This document shows, piece by piece, positions 49,667 through 59,655 of a stretch of DNA of 64,000 bases. Numbering within the stretch: the stretch's first letter is position 1; the number at the start of each line of letters is the position of its first letter. The position numbers and the translations under genes were made by a program. This DNA comes from Gammaproteobacteria bacterium (GTDB taxonomy: Bacteria > Pseudomonadota > Gammaproteobacteria > DAOVJZ01), in NCBI GenBank assembly GCA_029882995.1, contig JAOUJV010000001.1, positions 11,668-75,667 of the forward strand, read 5' to 3'. The notes beneath the pieces were generated by a model, which was given only the letters and a program-made list of their open reading frames with translations, did no database searches and was not told the DNA's origin.

Positions 49667-50404
49667 TTAGAGCTTCAGTTTCTTAAAGATGAATTCAGGG
49701 ATGTGCATAATAACTAACATAATAAAACGCCAGAACCACGGCAGGTAAACAACCTCTTTTTTCTTTTTAATAGCTCGGATGATGCCTTGGGCAATAGTTT
49801 CCGGTTTTGCCCATAATGGCCCTTTAGGAAATTCTTTTGTCATCGGTGTGTCAACAAATCCCGGCTTGATGGTTAAAACCTGTACATTACTGTCATGCAA
49901 ACGATTGCGTAATCCCTGCATAAAGATGGAAACAGCCCCCTTGGCAGTTCCGTAGATATAATTGCTCTGACGACCACGATCTCCGGCCACCGATGAGATA
50001 ACCGCAATCGTGCCGTTACGTTCATGTTCAAAATAATTGGCGCAGGATGTGAGCAATGAAAGAATGCTCAGACAGTTGGTATCCAGTTCCTTGTAGGTTT
50101 TATCCCATGATTGTTGGCAATCCGATTGATCGGGCAGGGTACCGTGTGCAACTAACACAATATCAAGGCCTGTCATGGCATCGACACATTCCTTAATTAA
50201 ATCCTCATGCTGTTCGCTGTCTGTCATATCCAGTACTTTTGTATGGACAGAAGCAGCACCGCGGGTCTTGAGATCAGTTGAAATGATGTCCAGTTTTTCA
50301 CTGTTGCGTGCAACCAGATATAAATCATTACCTTCAGAGGCAAATAATCGGGCTGTTGCGATAGCAATGGTGGAAGTAGCACCAATAATTAATATTTTAC
50401 TCAT
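49667..50404 (-). CDS. Short-chain dehydrogenase/reductase (DprE2-like decaprenylphospho-2-keto-ribose reductase candidate)
   Basis: 245 aa with Rossmann motif IIGATSTIAIATA and the catalytic YxxxK region. Immediately downstream of the DprE1-like gene. Confidence 0.65.
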   Translation of the reverse strand: MSKILIIGATSTIAIATARLFASEGNDLYLVARNSEKLDIISTDLKTRGAASVHTKVLDMTDSEQHEDLIKECVDAMTGLDIVLVAHGTLPDQSDCQQSWDKTYKELDTNCLSILSLLTSCANYFEHERNGTIAVISSVAGDRGRQSNYIYGTAKGAVSIFMQGLRNRLHDSNVQVLTIKPGFVDTPMTKEFPKGPLWAKPETIAQGIIRAIKKKKEVVYLPWFWRFIMLVIMHIPEFIFKKLKL

Positions 50405-51715
50405 CTATACAGTTACTCTACGCCAGAAGCTGGAAGAAAAATGGGGATCAATATATTGACTGAATTTTTCCCAGTTCGGATAAAAATGTTTGAAATTGTC
50501 GGCTGACATGCGTGCATCCTTGGCGGGGTATAGGCGTCCTCCCGCATTTTTTAAAAGTATATCGAGATTATCCAGCAGTTCGAATGTTTTTTTATACCGG
50601 TTAGGAAAGTCCAGTGCCAGTGTAATGCCGGGTTCCGGAAAGGACAGCATACCGGGCGAGCTAATATCACCAAACACTTTTAATACACTCAAAAAGGAGC
50701 CGGAACGGGCGCGACTGATCTCATTCAGGATATTACGTACAGCTTCCTTTCCATGTTCATGCGGAATAACACATTGGTACTGGAGAAATCCTGCCTTACC
50801 ATACATTCGATTCCAGTGATTGATGCCATCAAGCGGGTAAAAAAACGGTTCGTAATGCTGTGTGCCTTGCCAACGCCGCAGAAACTGTTTGTTGTAATAA
50901 AGCAGATTAAACGCCTTGAGTGTGTAGCTGTTTAATAATGAAAAAGGCAACTCAACAGGAAAACCCGGTTTTCTTCCCGGTGAACGTGGTGGATCAGAAC
51001 TCAGTTCAGTTGCATGATTGGCGCGTATGAAAAACCCGCGCCCCAATGCGTCACCTTTTGCCAGACAATCAATCCATGCCACGGTATATTCAAATAGATC
51101 ATTGGATTCTTCAGAGAGTTCAAAAAATTCGTCAAGGTTGGAAAAACGGATAGATTCCACGTTCATGTGAGGAGTATGTATTTTTTGTAACCGGAGCTCT
51201 GCCCAAAGGATAACGCCGGTTAAACCTAGCCCGCCAATTGTGGCTTCATACATCTCCTGGTTCTCGGGTGGAGAACATACCAGTCGTGTTCCATCTGAAC
51301 GCTGTAATTCAAATTGATTAACAAATCTTCCAAAAGTACCGTTGCGATGATGATTTTTGCCATGCACATCGTTGGCAATCGCGCCACCTACAGTGATAAA
51401 TCGGGTTCCGGGAGTAACAGGTAAAAACCATCCCTTGGGAACAATCAGCTCCAGAATCTCTGAAAGTAAAACACCTGCTTCACACCGTAATATGCCTGAT
51501 TCTGTATCAAAATGAATAAAGTGATCCAGTCCGCGTGCATCAAGCAGAATACCGTCATTATTTAAACATGAGTCACCATAACTGCGCCCATTACCAAATG
51601 GCAAAAGTGGTTTGTTTAAATAATTCGGCCAACTGTCTGTGAGCCAGTGCAGTTTATGTATTTCATGCTCTGCTCTGGGATAACCGCCCCATGATCGATA
51701 ACGCGAATCACTCAT
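50405..51715 (-). CDS. FAD-linked oxidase, DprE1/GlcD-like (decaprenylphosphoryl-beta-D-ribose 2'-oxidase candidate)
   Basis: Start MSDSRYRSWGGYP overlaps the UbiA stop (ATGA). Motif GNGRSYGDSCL with FAD_binding_4 and a C-terminal ALO-like domain. Confidence 0.65.
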   Translation of the reverse strand: MSDSRYRSWGGYPRAEHEIHKLHWLTDSWPNYLNKPLLPFGNGRSYGDSCLNNDGILLDARGLDHFIHFDTESGILRCEAGVLLSEILELIVPKGWFLPVTPGTRFITVGGAIANDVHGKNHHRNGTFGRFVNQFELQRSDGTRLVCSPPENQEMYEATIGGLGLTGVILWAELRLQKIHTPHMNVESIRFSNLDEFFELSEESNDLFEYTVAWIDCLAKGDALGRGFFIRANHATELSSDPPRSPGRKPGFPVELPFSLLNSYTLKAFNLLYYNKQFLRRWQGTQHYEPFFYPLDGINHWNRMYGKAGFLQYQCVIPHEHGKEAVRNILNEISRARSGSFLSVLKVFGDISSPGMLSFPEPGITLALDFPNRYKKTFELLDNLDILLKNAGGRLYPAKDARMSADNFKHFYPNWEKFSQYIDPHFSSSFWRRVTV

Positions 51716-52578
51716 GATGCCAACCAGAAAATAACAGCACCTATACAAGCTATCAAGATACTTGCGTAATCACGTAATGCAAACACCACCGGATCATCAT
51801 GCATTTCACCGCGATGTGTTTTGAGCCAGATTCGGCTTATCCAGTATAGAAAGAGAGGGCAAAGTAGCCAGACATACTCAGGATGTGTGTAGAGTATCTT
51901 GATATTGGGGCTGTCGATATAAAGCGCCAGGATCAGGACAGAAATAAATCCACTTCCAATACCCATTGTACGTAATAAGGATAGATCACCGGATTGATAT
52001 CCCCGACCGGCTAATTGACTCTTGTCAATGGACTGCATTAATAACAGTTCTGAGTAACGCTTGACCAACGCAAGACTAAAGAAAATAAAAATGGAAAAAT
52101 TCAGCAGCCAGAATGATAGCTCTATATTCACCACATAGGCACCGGCGATTATGCGTAGGGTGTATAAGCCTGCCAACAATAAAACATCAATTAATGCGAT
52201 AGATTTGAGTTTCAGTGAATAGCCCAATGTAACCGCAAAATAGAGACCAAGAACCATAAAAAACTGGATAGACAGTTGCATGGCAATAACGGTGCTTGCC
52301 AGCAACAATAAGGCCGCTATTATGATCCCGTGAATGACAGGAACACTGTTGGAAGCAAAGGGACGGTGACGTTTGGTAGGATGCTGTCTGTCCGCTTCCA
52401 GATCGGCCAGGTCATTAATCATATAAACTGCCGAGGCACAGAGTGAGAAAGAGAAAAAGGCCTCAATAAGTAAAATAACAGATTCTGTGTCAGCCAGCTT
52501 ATGTGCGGTGATCAAGGGCACAAACAATAAAAGATTCTTTACCCACTGATGAAAACGAAAAAGTTTTAAATAAGCCAT
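51712..52578 (-). CDS. UbiA-family prenyltransferase (decaprenyl-phosphate 5-phosphoribosyltransferase Rv3806c-like)
   Basis: 288 aa with eight TM helices and the UbiA motif NDLADLEADRQHPTKRHRPFAS. Confidence 0.65.
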   Translation of the reverse strand: MAYLKLFRFHQWVKNLLLFVPLITAHKLADTESVILLIEAFFSFSLCASAVYMINDLADLEADRQHPTKRHRPFASNSVPVIHGIIIAALLLLASTVIAMQLSIQFFMVLGLYFAVTLGYSLKLKSIALIDVLLLAGLYTLRIIAGAYVVNIELSFWLLNFSIFIFFSLALVKRYSELLLMQSIDKSQLAGRGYQSGDLSLLRTMGIGSGFISVLILALYIDSPNIKILYTHPEYVWLLCPLFLYWISRIWLKTHRGEMHDDPVVFALRDYASILIACIGAVIFWLAS

Positions 52579-52603
52579 AGAATGAATTATATGTTAGTTC
52601 CGT

Positions 52604-53542
52604 TTATTGTCCCGTTCTTCTTTCCAGTAGCAACATGAAAACTATACCGATAACAACAGCAAACCATAATGTGGCTATACGACATACCAGCGTTGCTGTA
52701 ATTGCGACAGGTATTGATACACCGGCAAGGATCAATAATCCTCCCATTGCCGCTTCGGCACTACCCAACCCACCGGGGATAAAGGAAATGGCGCCGGCAA
52801 TCATGCTGGCGCCATAAATACCGATGGCGACGGGTAAACTGATTTCAGCGCCCAAAAACTCAAGAATATAATAAAAGGCGACACCTTCGGCTCCCCACGC
52901 AATAATACCTGTCAATAATGAGCCAAGCAAAATCCGGCGTTTCATTAAATCCAGAGAATGCTGAGCCATGCCGAGTAAATTTCCTACCAGTGATTTTTCA
53001 GATAATCGCAAATGACGTGACAACCAAAACCTGACTTTATCCATGACAGGATCTGTTGCGAGAATAATCAGTAGGGCAAAGACAAGAAAGGCGAACAGGT
53101 AGAAGCCCCAGTTGAAATCTTCAACCCAGTAAATCAGCAGTGCCGCCAGAATGAGCACGGCAAACACATCCAGAATACGTTCGGTAATCAAGGCGGCCAG
53201 ACTTTGTTTATAACCGACGCCATATTGGTGTAAATACACGGAGCGAATTGCTTCACCTGCCTTCCCGGGTGTTGTTGTAAAAGCAAATCCCGCCAGATAA
53301 CACATCAAGTTTCTGGAAACGGGGATGTGATAACCAAGAGCACCAAGGTATATATGCCAGCGAAAAAAACGCAGTGCATAGTTAAAAATTGATAATCCAA
53401 AAACAAGGATCAACTGCAGGAATGTGAATGAATTCAGTTTTTCGGTGATTTGCTGGTGATCAGAAAGTGCTATGGATGCGGCATACATGGCCATAGCTAT
53501 AAGTGATGAAAAAATGAGCAACTGCCGCTTTTTCGTTTGCAC
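52604..53542 (-). CDS. UPF0104 / lysylphosphatidylglycerol-synthase-TM-like flippase-family membrane protein
   Basis: 312 aa polytopic membrane protein of the TIGR00374 type, commonly co-encoded with glycosyltransferases. Confidence 0.5.
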   Translation of the reverse strand: MQTKKRQLLIFSSLIAMAMYAASIALSDHQQITEKLNSFTFLQLILVFGLSIFNYALRFFRWHIYLGALGYHIPVSRNLMCYLAGFAFTTTPGKAGEAIRSVYLHQYGVGYKQSLAALITERILDVFAVLILAALLIYWVEDFNWGFYLFAFLVFALLIILATDPVMDKVRFWLSRHLRLSEKSLVGNLLGMAQHSLDLMKRRILLGSLLTGIIAWGAEGVAFYYILEFLGAEISLPVAIGIYGASMIAGAISFIPGGLGSAEAAMGGLLILAGVSIPVAITATLVCRIATLWFAVVIGIVFMLLLERRTGQ

Positions 53543-53676
53543 GCTAAAATCCGCTTAATTAATGGTTGTTATTATTTATATATATCAGCAAGTTACAATC
53601 GCTAGTTAAAGTGGTTCTGCCCTCAATAATTCATCATTCTAACCGATAACATACATATTAATACGATAAATCATGT

Positions 53677-54432
53677 GTGAACCTAAATACAGTAATGGTA
53701 CTCATAAGACTCATGACATTGAACGTCATTTATATACTGCGTTCTATTTACAGAAAGGCTCAACTCAAACCGTTGGGCCTGTTCTTTATTCTATGCGCCA
53801 GTTCTGTGTTTGCTGATGTCTATGGCATCAGTGAAAGTCTGCTCGATTACATAAACAGAAATTACGGCGATCAGGCTAAAACCAGACTGGTTGACTGGCG
53901 TGATATTATTCAGAAACAAAAATACAAAAGCCTGTCTGAGCAGGAAAAACTAAGTCTGGTGAATGACTTTTTTAATCAGGTCAGATTTGTAGATGATATT
54001 GATCACTGGAATAAAGAAGATTACTGGGCTACACCGATAGAAATGTTGTCAACCAATGGCGGCGATTGTGAGGACTTCTCAATTGCCAAATATTTTACGT
54101 TAAAGGCCTTGAACGTACCGGTTGACCGTATGCGTCTGACTTATGTTAAATCAATTGTGTTAAAACAGGCTCATATGGTGCTTGCCTATTACCCGACTCC
54201 TGATGCCGAACCCTTGATTCTGGATAACTTAATGGATGAAATTCGTCCTGCATCGAACAGAAAAGATCTGGTACCTGTTTACAGCTTTAATGGTGATGGC
54301 TTATGGTTGTCCAGAGAACGAGGAGAAGGTAAACGGGTCGGTGAGTCAAGTCGTCTGGGTTTATGGAATGAACTTGCAAAAAGGATGAAAAAAGAACAGG
54401 ATTCCAAACGTTTACCAGAGGGGAAAAAATGA
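53677..54432 (+). CDS. lapG: Bacterial transglutaminase-like cysteine proteinase (LapG-like periplasmic protease)
   Basis: Signal peptide with Cys NGGDCEDFSIAKY, His AHMVLAYY and an Asp triad. Overlaps the downstream lapD-like gene start. Confidence 0.7.
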   Translation: MNLNTVMVLIRLMTLNVIYILRSIYRKAQLKPLGLFFILCASSVFADVYGISESLLDYINRNYGDQAKTRLVDWRDIIQKQKYKSLSEQEKLSLVNDFFNQVRFVDDIDHWNKEDYWATPIEMLSTNGGDCEDFSIAKYFTLKALNVPVDRMRLTYVKSIVLKQAHMVLAYYPTPDAEPLILDNLMDEIRPASNRKDLVPVYSFNGDGLWLSRERGEGKRVGESSRLGLWNELAKRMKKEQDSKRLPEGKK

Positions 54433-56390
54433 GTTTGTTCAAAAAATTGGGGATTGTTATCTCACTGCTCTTCCTGATGGTGTTCACGGGTACCATGTTT
54501 ATCGGTGTTAATGCGACACGGATCTATATGCAGGAACAACTGACTTCCCATGCACAGGATGCCGCCACTTCTCTGGGCTTATCCATTACCCATGCTGTCA
54601 AAAGCAATGACAAGGCAACCATGGATACCATGGTGAATGCCATTTTTGACAGTGGCTATTATCGTGACCTGACGATCAAATCCATGAAAGACGAAGTGCT
54701 AATCAAAAAGGAATCGCCTGTCAGAATAGAAAATGTCCCGACCTGGTTCGTTAATGCGGTACCATTGGAGTCACCTCTCGGAACTTCCATAGTCATGGAT
54801 CAATGGTCACAGATAGCACAAATCGAAATTCACAGTCATCCTGGTTATGCCTACATCAGATTATGGAACACTGCGCTTGAAACACTGACATGGTTCGGGA
54901 TTGGGTGGTTAACAGCCATGCTTCTGGTAATGCTGGTGCTGAAAATCACGTTATTACCTCTGCGGCGCATGGAAGAACAGGCCATTTCAATCAGTAACCG
55001 TGATTTTGTTACAGTTGAAAAAATACCCGGCACAAGAGAATTCCGCCGTGTTGTAATGGCGATGAACAAGATGTCCGATTCCATCAAGACTATTGTTGAA
55101 CAGCAAATCAAGCTGAGTGAAAGAATGCGTCAGGAGGCCAATCAGGACTCTCTGACCATGCTGGCGAATCGGCGCAGTTTTAATGCCAGAATGAAACAGC
55201 TTCTGGATTCGCCAGATCAGTTTGTTTTCGGCGCATTGTTATTACTGCAATTACCAAAGTTCAAAAAGTTCAATGAGCAAAAAGGGCATGAAAGCGGTGA
55301 TGAATTACTGCGCAATATAGCCAAACAGTTAACTATTAATACTAAATTTCTCAGCAATCCTGTTATCGCAAGACTGGATGGCGCCAGTTTTGCAATTCTT
55401 GCCAGCGATTTAACACCACAGGAATCAGAGCAACTGGCTGAACAAATCAGGCAGGATTTAATTCGCATTCATAATATCAATGGTGAGTACGCAGCAAGCA
55501 ATATCGGTGTTGTTTATTATGATCGCCGTAAAGGTGATAAACACACAGTAAGTGAATTGTTGTCAGAAGCAGATATGGCAATGCGAGCAGCACAAAAGCG
55601 GGGGGCCGACTGCTGGCACATGTATGCCAGAGAAAATCTTGGACGGGATGAAATCTTTACGGCACGCAAATGGAAAGAGATACTGGAAAAAACCATTCAT
55701 TCACACGGGTTTACATTGCATGGGCAGCCGGTTGTTTCTGCCAAAACAGGTATTGCTCAACAGCGTGAGATATTTGCGCGTATTTCAGATGGCGATTCCC
55801 ATTTTGTTCCTGCCAATGTCTTCATGCCTATGGTGGAACGTTGGGATCTTTCTGTTGATCTCGATATGTCTATTATCGAATCTGTTATCAAGCACATGAA
55901 AAACAGACCAACGGAAAGCATCTGTTATTCAATTAATATTTCACCTTCGTCAATACGCAGTCGTCGTTTTGCAGACTGGCTGGCAAAAATTATTATTGAG
56001 TCCGGTATTGCACCTGACCGGCTGCATTTTGAATCATCAGAAAATGGTGCCATCATCGATCTTGAGGCCTTGCATGCCTTTGCAGGCAAGATTCGTGCGA
56101 CAGGTGTTGCATTTTCGCTTGATCACTTCGGTACCGGTTTCCGTTCATTTGGTTATTTGCGGGATCTCAAACTCTACTCAATCAAGATCGACGGCAGTTA
56201 TATTCATGATATTGACAAAAACAAGGATAACCAGTTCTTTGTGCAATCACTGGTAGAAATTGCGCATGGGCTTGGTATTAAGGTTATGGCTGAATCAGTG
56301 GAAACACCGAATGAATGGGAAGAGTTAAAACGCATTGGTGTCGATAATATTCAGGGCTATATTAACGGCAAACCGGAGCCGCTAAAATAA
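54429..56390 (+). CDS. lapD: LapD-like inner-membrane c-di-GMP receptor (TM-periplasmic domain-TM-HAMP-degenerate GGDEF-EAL)
   Basis: 653 aa with two TM helices flanking a periplasmic domain. GGDEF signature degenerated to RLDGASF. The EAL domain has DHFGTGFRSF and KIDGSYI. Confidence 0.7.
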   Translation: MSLFKKLGIVISLLFLMVFTGTMFIGVNATRIYMQEQLTSHAQDAATSLGLSITHAVKSNDKATMDTMVNAIFDSGYYRDLTIKSMKDEVLIKKESPVRIENVPTWFVNAVPLESPLGTSIVMDQWSQIAQIEIHSHPGYAYIRLWNTALETLTWFGIGWLTAMLLVMLVLKITLLPLRRMEEQAISISNRDFVTVEKIPGTREFRRVVMAMNKMSDSIKTIVEQQIKLSERMRQEANQDSLTMLANRRSFNARMKQLLDSPDQFVFGALLLLQLPKFKKFNEQKGHESGDELLRNIAKQLTINTKFLSNPVIARLDGASFAILASDLTPQESEQLAEQIRQDLIRIHNINGEYAASNIGVVYYDRRKGDKHTVSELLSEADMAMRAAQKRGADCWHMYARENLGRDEIFTARKWKEILEKTIHSHGFTLHGQPVVSAKTGIAQQREIFARISDGDSHFVPANVFMPMVERWDLSVDLDMSIIESVIKHMKNRPTESICYSINISPSSIRSRRFADWLAKIIIESGIAPDRLHFESSENGAIIDLEALHAFAGKIRATGVAFSLDHFGTGFRSFGYLRDLKLYSIKIDGSYIHDIDKNKDNQFFVQSLVEIAHGLGIKVMAESVETPNEWEELKRIGVDNIQGYINGKPEPLK

Positions 56391-56407
56391 AGTCCTTTTC
56401 AGTAGTC

Positions 56408-58102
56408 TTACTTAATCACTGAAGCACTTCCTTCGCCACGCGGGTCACTCGCTGCATAAACCTTATTCTCTTTTTTATCCCACATGATTGCCTGCATGTT
56501 GCCGTAACGCGCCTGATTATCACCATATGGAGATTGCAGTTTTTTTAACTCATGCCCCATTGCACCAAGTGTTTTGGCTTCATCCTCTGATATTGCATCA
56601 GGTTCATAAAAAATTATGTCTGGCAGGTATTGATGATGGTATCTTGACAAACTCACCCAGGAATCAGGTTTATTACCAGCCTTGAAATCGAGTGCGGCGA
56701 GTAAAACCATGGTTATGATGCGACTGCCGCCGGGAGTGCCAAGGATAGCCACACGATCATCCGTTTCCAGAAAGGTTGGAGTCATGCTTGAAAGAGGGCG
56801 TTTGTTTGCCGCAATTGCATTGGCTTCTGCGCCAATCAACCCATAGGCATTTGGTTCGCCGGGCTTGGCAGAGAAATCATCCATCTCATCGTTGAGCAAT
56901 ACACCACTGTCTCCGGCAACCAGGCCAGAGCCGAACGGATAATTAATTGTTAATGTGGCGGCAACACGGTTGCCTGATTTATCCAGAATTGAAAAATGGG
57001 TTGTGTGATGAGACGAATCCTTTGTTTTAATGCCCGGCAATGTATTGCTGGGCGTTGCTATGGTTGATTCAATACTCGAACGTAACCGGTCGGTGTATTC
57101 CTTGCTGAGTAATCGTGATGTCGGGATTTGTACAAAATCCGGGTCGCCCATATAAATCGCCCTGTCACGGTAAGCGCGGCGCATTGCTTCAACAACAAGG
57201 TGTTTTTTTTGTGCTGGTTCAGTTTTATCCAGATCATAACCGGAAAGTATATTAAGCATGCTCATGAGTACAATGCCGCCGGAAGAGGGCGGGGCTGCAG
57301 TGGTTACTTTTATTCCGTTGTAATTTCCTGTTACTGGTTCGCGTACCTTTAGCTGGTAGTTTTTTAAATCTGATAACTGCCAGATGCCGCCTGCATCACG
57401 AACGGCATCAACCATTTGTTTTGCCGTATCACCTTGATAAAAACTATGACCTTCGGTTTTGGCTATTTTTTCCAGTGTGCGTGCCAATTGATGTTGTTTA
57501 ATCACCCACCCAACCGGTGGCACCTGATTTTGATGCAAGAAGATCTGCGCTGTTGAAGGATAACGCTGAAGAAGCTTTAGTCGAAATTGCGCCCAACGGC
57601 GATAACGCTCTGTTACCTCAAAACCATCTTGTGCATATTTTATAGAAGGGGCTAAAGTAACTGAGAGAGGAAGGCGGCCAAAATGTTTTGCCATATAAAC
57701 AAGGGCGGCTGGCAATCCCGGTATACCCGCAGACAGCGGTCCTTCCATTGAAAGTGATGTGTTTACTTTACCTTCTTTATCGAGATACATATCACGACTG
57801 GACTTGGCAGGTGCGGTTTCGCGTGCATCAAGCATAACATTGTCGCCATCCTTATTTTGTAACAGGAAAAACCCACCTCCACCCAGGCCGGATGAATAAG
57901 GCTCCACAACTGCCAAAGCAGAGGAAATCGCGATAGCGGCATCAAACGCATTACCACCGGCACCAAGGATTTGCTCACCCACCTTTGTGGCCAATGGGTG
58001 GGCTGTTGCGATGGCGGCTGAAGGAGGGGACTGAGAATGACCGGAAACAGGTGTCAGTATCAGGAAAAATGCGTAAGATAATGTCAGTAATTTCTGGTGC
58101 AT
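56408..58102 (-). CDS. ggt: Gamma-glutamyltranspeptidase
   Basis: 564 aa with a signal peptide and the autoprocessing Thr region TTHFSILDKSGN. Confidence 0.88.
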   Translation of the reverse strand: MHQKLLTLSYAFFLILTPVSGHSQSPPSAAIATAHPLATKVGEQILGAGGNAFDAAIAISSALAVVEPYSSGLGGGGFFLLQNKDGDNVMLDARETAPAKSSRDMYLDKEGKVNTSLSMEGPLSAGIPGLPAALVYMAKHFGRLPLSVTLAPSIKYAQDGFEVTERYRRWAQFRLKLLQRYPSTAQIFLHQNQVPPVGWVIKQHQLARTLEKIAKTEGHSFYQGDTAKQMVDAVRDAGGIWQLSDLKNYQLKVREPVTGNYNGIKVTTAAPPSSGGIVLMSMLNILSGYDLDKTEPAQKKHLVVEAMRRAYRDRAIYMGDPDFVQIPTSRLLSKEYTDRLRSSIESTIATPSNTLPGIKTKDSSHHTTHFSILDKSGNRVAATLTINYPFGSGLVAGDSGVLLNDEMDDFSAKPGEPNAYGLIGAEANAIAANKRPLSSMTPTFLETDDRVAILGTPGGSRIITMVLLAALDFKAGNKPDSWVSLSRYHHQYLPDIIFYEPDAISEDEAKTLGAMGHELKKLQSPYGDNQARYGNMQAIMWDKKENKVYAASDPRGEGSASVIK

Positions 58103-58304
58103 ATCGGGGATTCTCGACTCATTATAAGCTCATAGTTGATGACATTAACCATAACATCCTGTTGTTGCAAGATAACTTACAATCTACAAATAACAGGCCT
58201 ATAATGGTTAAGGTTGTCAGGGAAATGATGGTTGCCAACATAATAACAAGCAAAACGGGCGGCAAGAAGGGACATAACCAGGGCAGTAATGAAGGTGGAG
58301 AAAC

Positions 58305-58979
58305 ATGATAAAAGTATTATTGGTTGATGATCATCATCTGGTTCGTACAGGGATTGTATATTTACTCAATGATGTGCCGGGGATGCAAGTAGTAGGTGAA
58401 GCTGATTCTGGCGAAGAAGCCATTGAAATTGTCAAAGATATTAAGCCGGATGTTATTTTGATGGATCTTAATATGCCCGGCATGGGGGGGCTTGAAGCAA
58501 CTCGCAAGCTACTTCATACCAATCCTGAACTTAAAATTATTATTGTTACCGTTTATGGCGAAGACCCGTTTCCTGCGCAACTCCTGAAAGCTGGGGCACA
58601 TGGTTATGTAACCAAGGATTGTGATGCAGGCGAACTGGTTAAAGCCATACGTCGTGTGAATGACGGACAACGCTATATCAGTTTTGAAGTCGCACAAAAA
58701 CTGGCACTAACCTATATCCCGGGACAGGAAAACACATCACCTGTTGAATTACTGACTCATCGTGAGCTTCAGGTCATGATGATGCTGGCAAAAGGACAAA
58801 AAACACAGGATATTTCCGATCAGCTTTGCATTAGTCCAAAAACAGTCAGCACCTACCGTTATCGTTTGTACGAAAAGCTGGGGGTTGAAACTGATGTCGA
58901 GCTTGCGCATCTGGCACTAAGACACGGCATTCTGGATAGCAACCCTGAAAAACCGGCAATAGAAGGTAATCGGTATTAA
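58305..58979 (+). CDS. uvrY: GacA/UvrY-type response regulator (NarL family)
   Basis: MIKVLLVDDHHLVRTGI with a LuxR-type HTH. Conserved position upstream of uvrC. Confidence 0.85.
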   Translation: MIKVLLVDDHHLVRTGIVYLLNDVPGMQVVGEADSGEEAIEIVKDIKPDVILMDLNMPGMGGLEATRKLLHTNPELKIIIVTVYGEDPFPAQLLKAGAHGYVTKDCDAGELVKAIRRVNDGQRYISFEVAQKLALTYIPGQENTSPVELLTHRELQVMMMLAKGQKTQDISDQLCISPKTVSTYRYRLYEKLGVETDVELAHLALRHGILDSNPEKPAIEGNRY

Positions 58980-59015
58980 AAATTTTCTCCCTGTTAAGGC
59001 ACAGGGTAATAAAAC

Positions 59016-59654
59016 ATGACTATCACTACCGGTTTTGATCAGAACTGCAAACGTTGTAAGCGACTGGCCGATTTTCTTCGCGACAGTAAAAACAAGTTTC
59101 CGGATTATCATTGTGCGCCTGTTGCTCCTTTTGGTCCCAAAAACATCAAATTACTTATCGTAGGTCTTGCGCCGGGCTTGCACGGAGCCAATGCAACAGG
59201 ACGTCCATTTACCGGAGACTTTGCCGGAATTCTGTTATATGAAACATTGCATAAGTTTGGTTATGGCAACAAGACTGTATCCGAGTCATTGAATGACGGT
59301 CTTAAGCTAAAAGACTGTCGTATTACCAATGCCGTTAAATGTGTGCCTCCTCAAAACAAACCCACAGGAGAGGAGATCAAGATTTGTAATGAATTCCTGC
59401 ACAATGAATTGGCCGAATTAAAACCGGGAACAGTCATTCTGGCACTGGGTGGTATCGCGCATGCTTCGGTATTGCGTGCGGCAGGCTTGAAACCTAAAGA
59501 CGGTAAATTTGGTCATGGCAATATCCATCATCTTCCTAATGAATTGATATTAATCGATTCATATCACTGTAGCCGCTACAATACCCAGACACGTCGTTTA
59601 ACTGAAAAAATGTTTCATGCCGTATTTGAAAAAATAGAATCACTTAAATCCTGA
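59016..59654 (+). CDS. Uracil-DNA glycosylase superfamily protein, family 4-like
   Basis: 212 aa with GLAPGLHGANATGRPFTGD and an N-terminal CxxC (4Fe-4S type UDG). Confidence 0.7.
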   Translation: MTITTGFDQNCKRCKRLADFLRDSKNKFPDYHCAPVAPFGPKNIKLLIVGLAPGLHGANATGRPFTGDFAGILLYETLHKFGYGNKTVSESLNDGLKLKDCRITNAVKCVPPQNKPTGEEIKICNEFLHNELAELKPGTVILALGGIAHASVLRAAGLKPKDGKFGHGNIHHLPNELILIDSYHCSRYNTQTRRLTEKMFHAVFEKIESLKS

Positions 59655-59655
59655 T

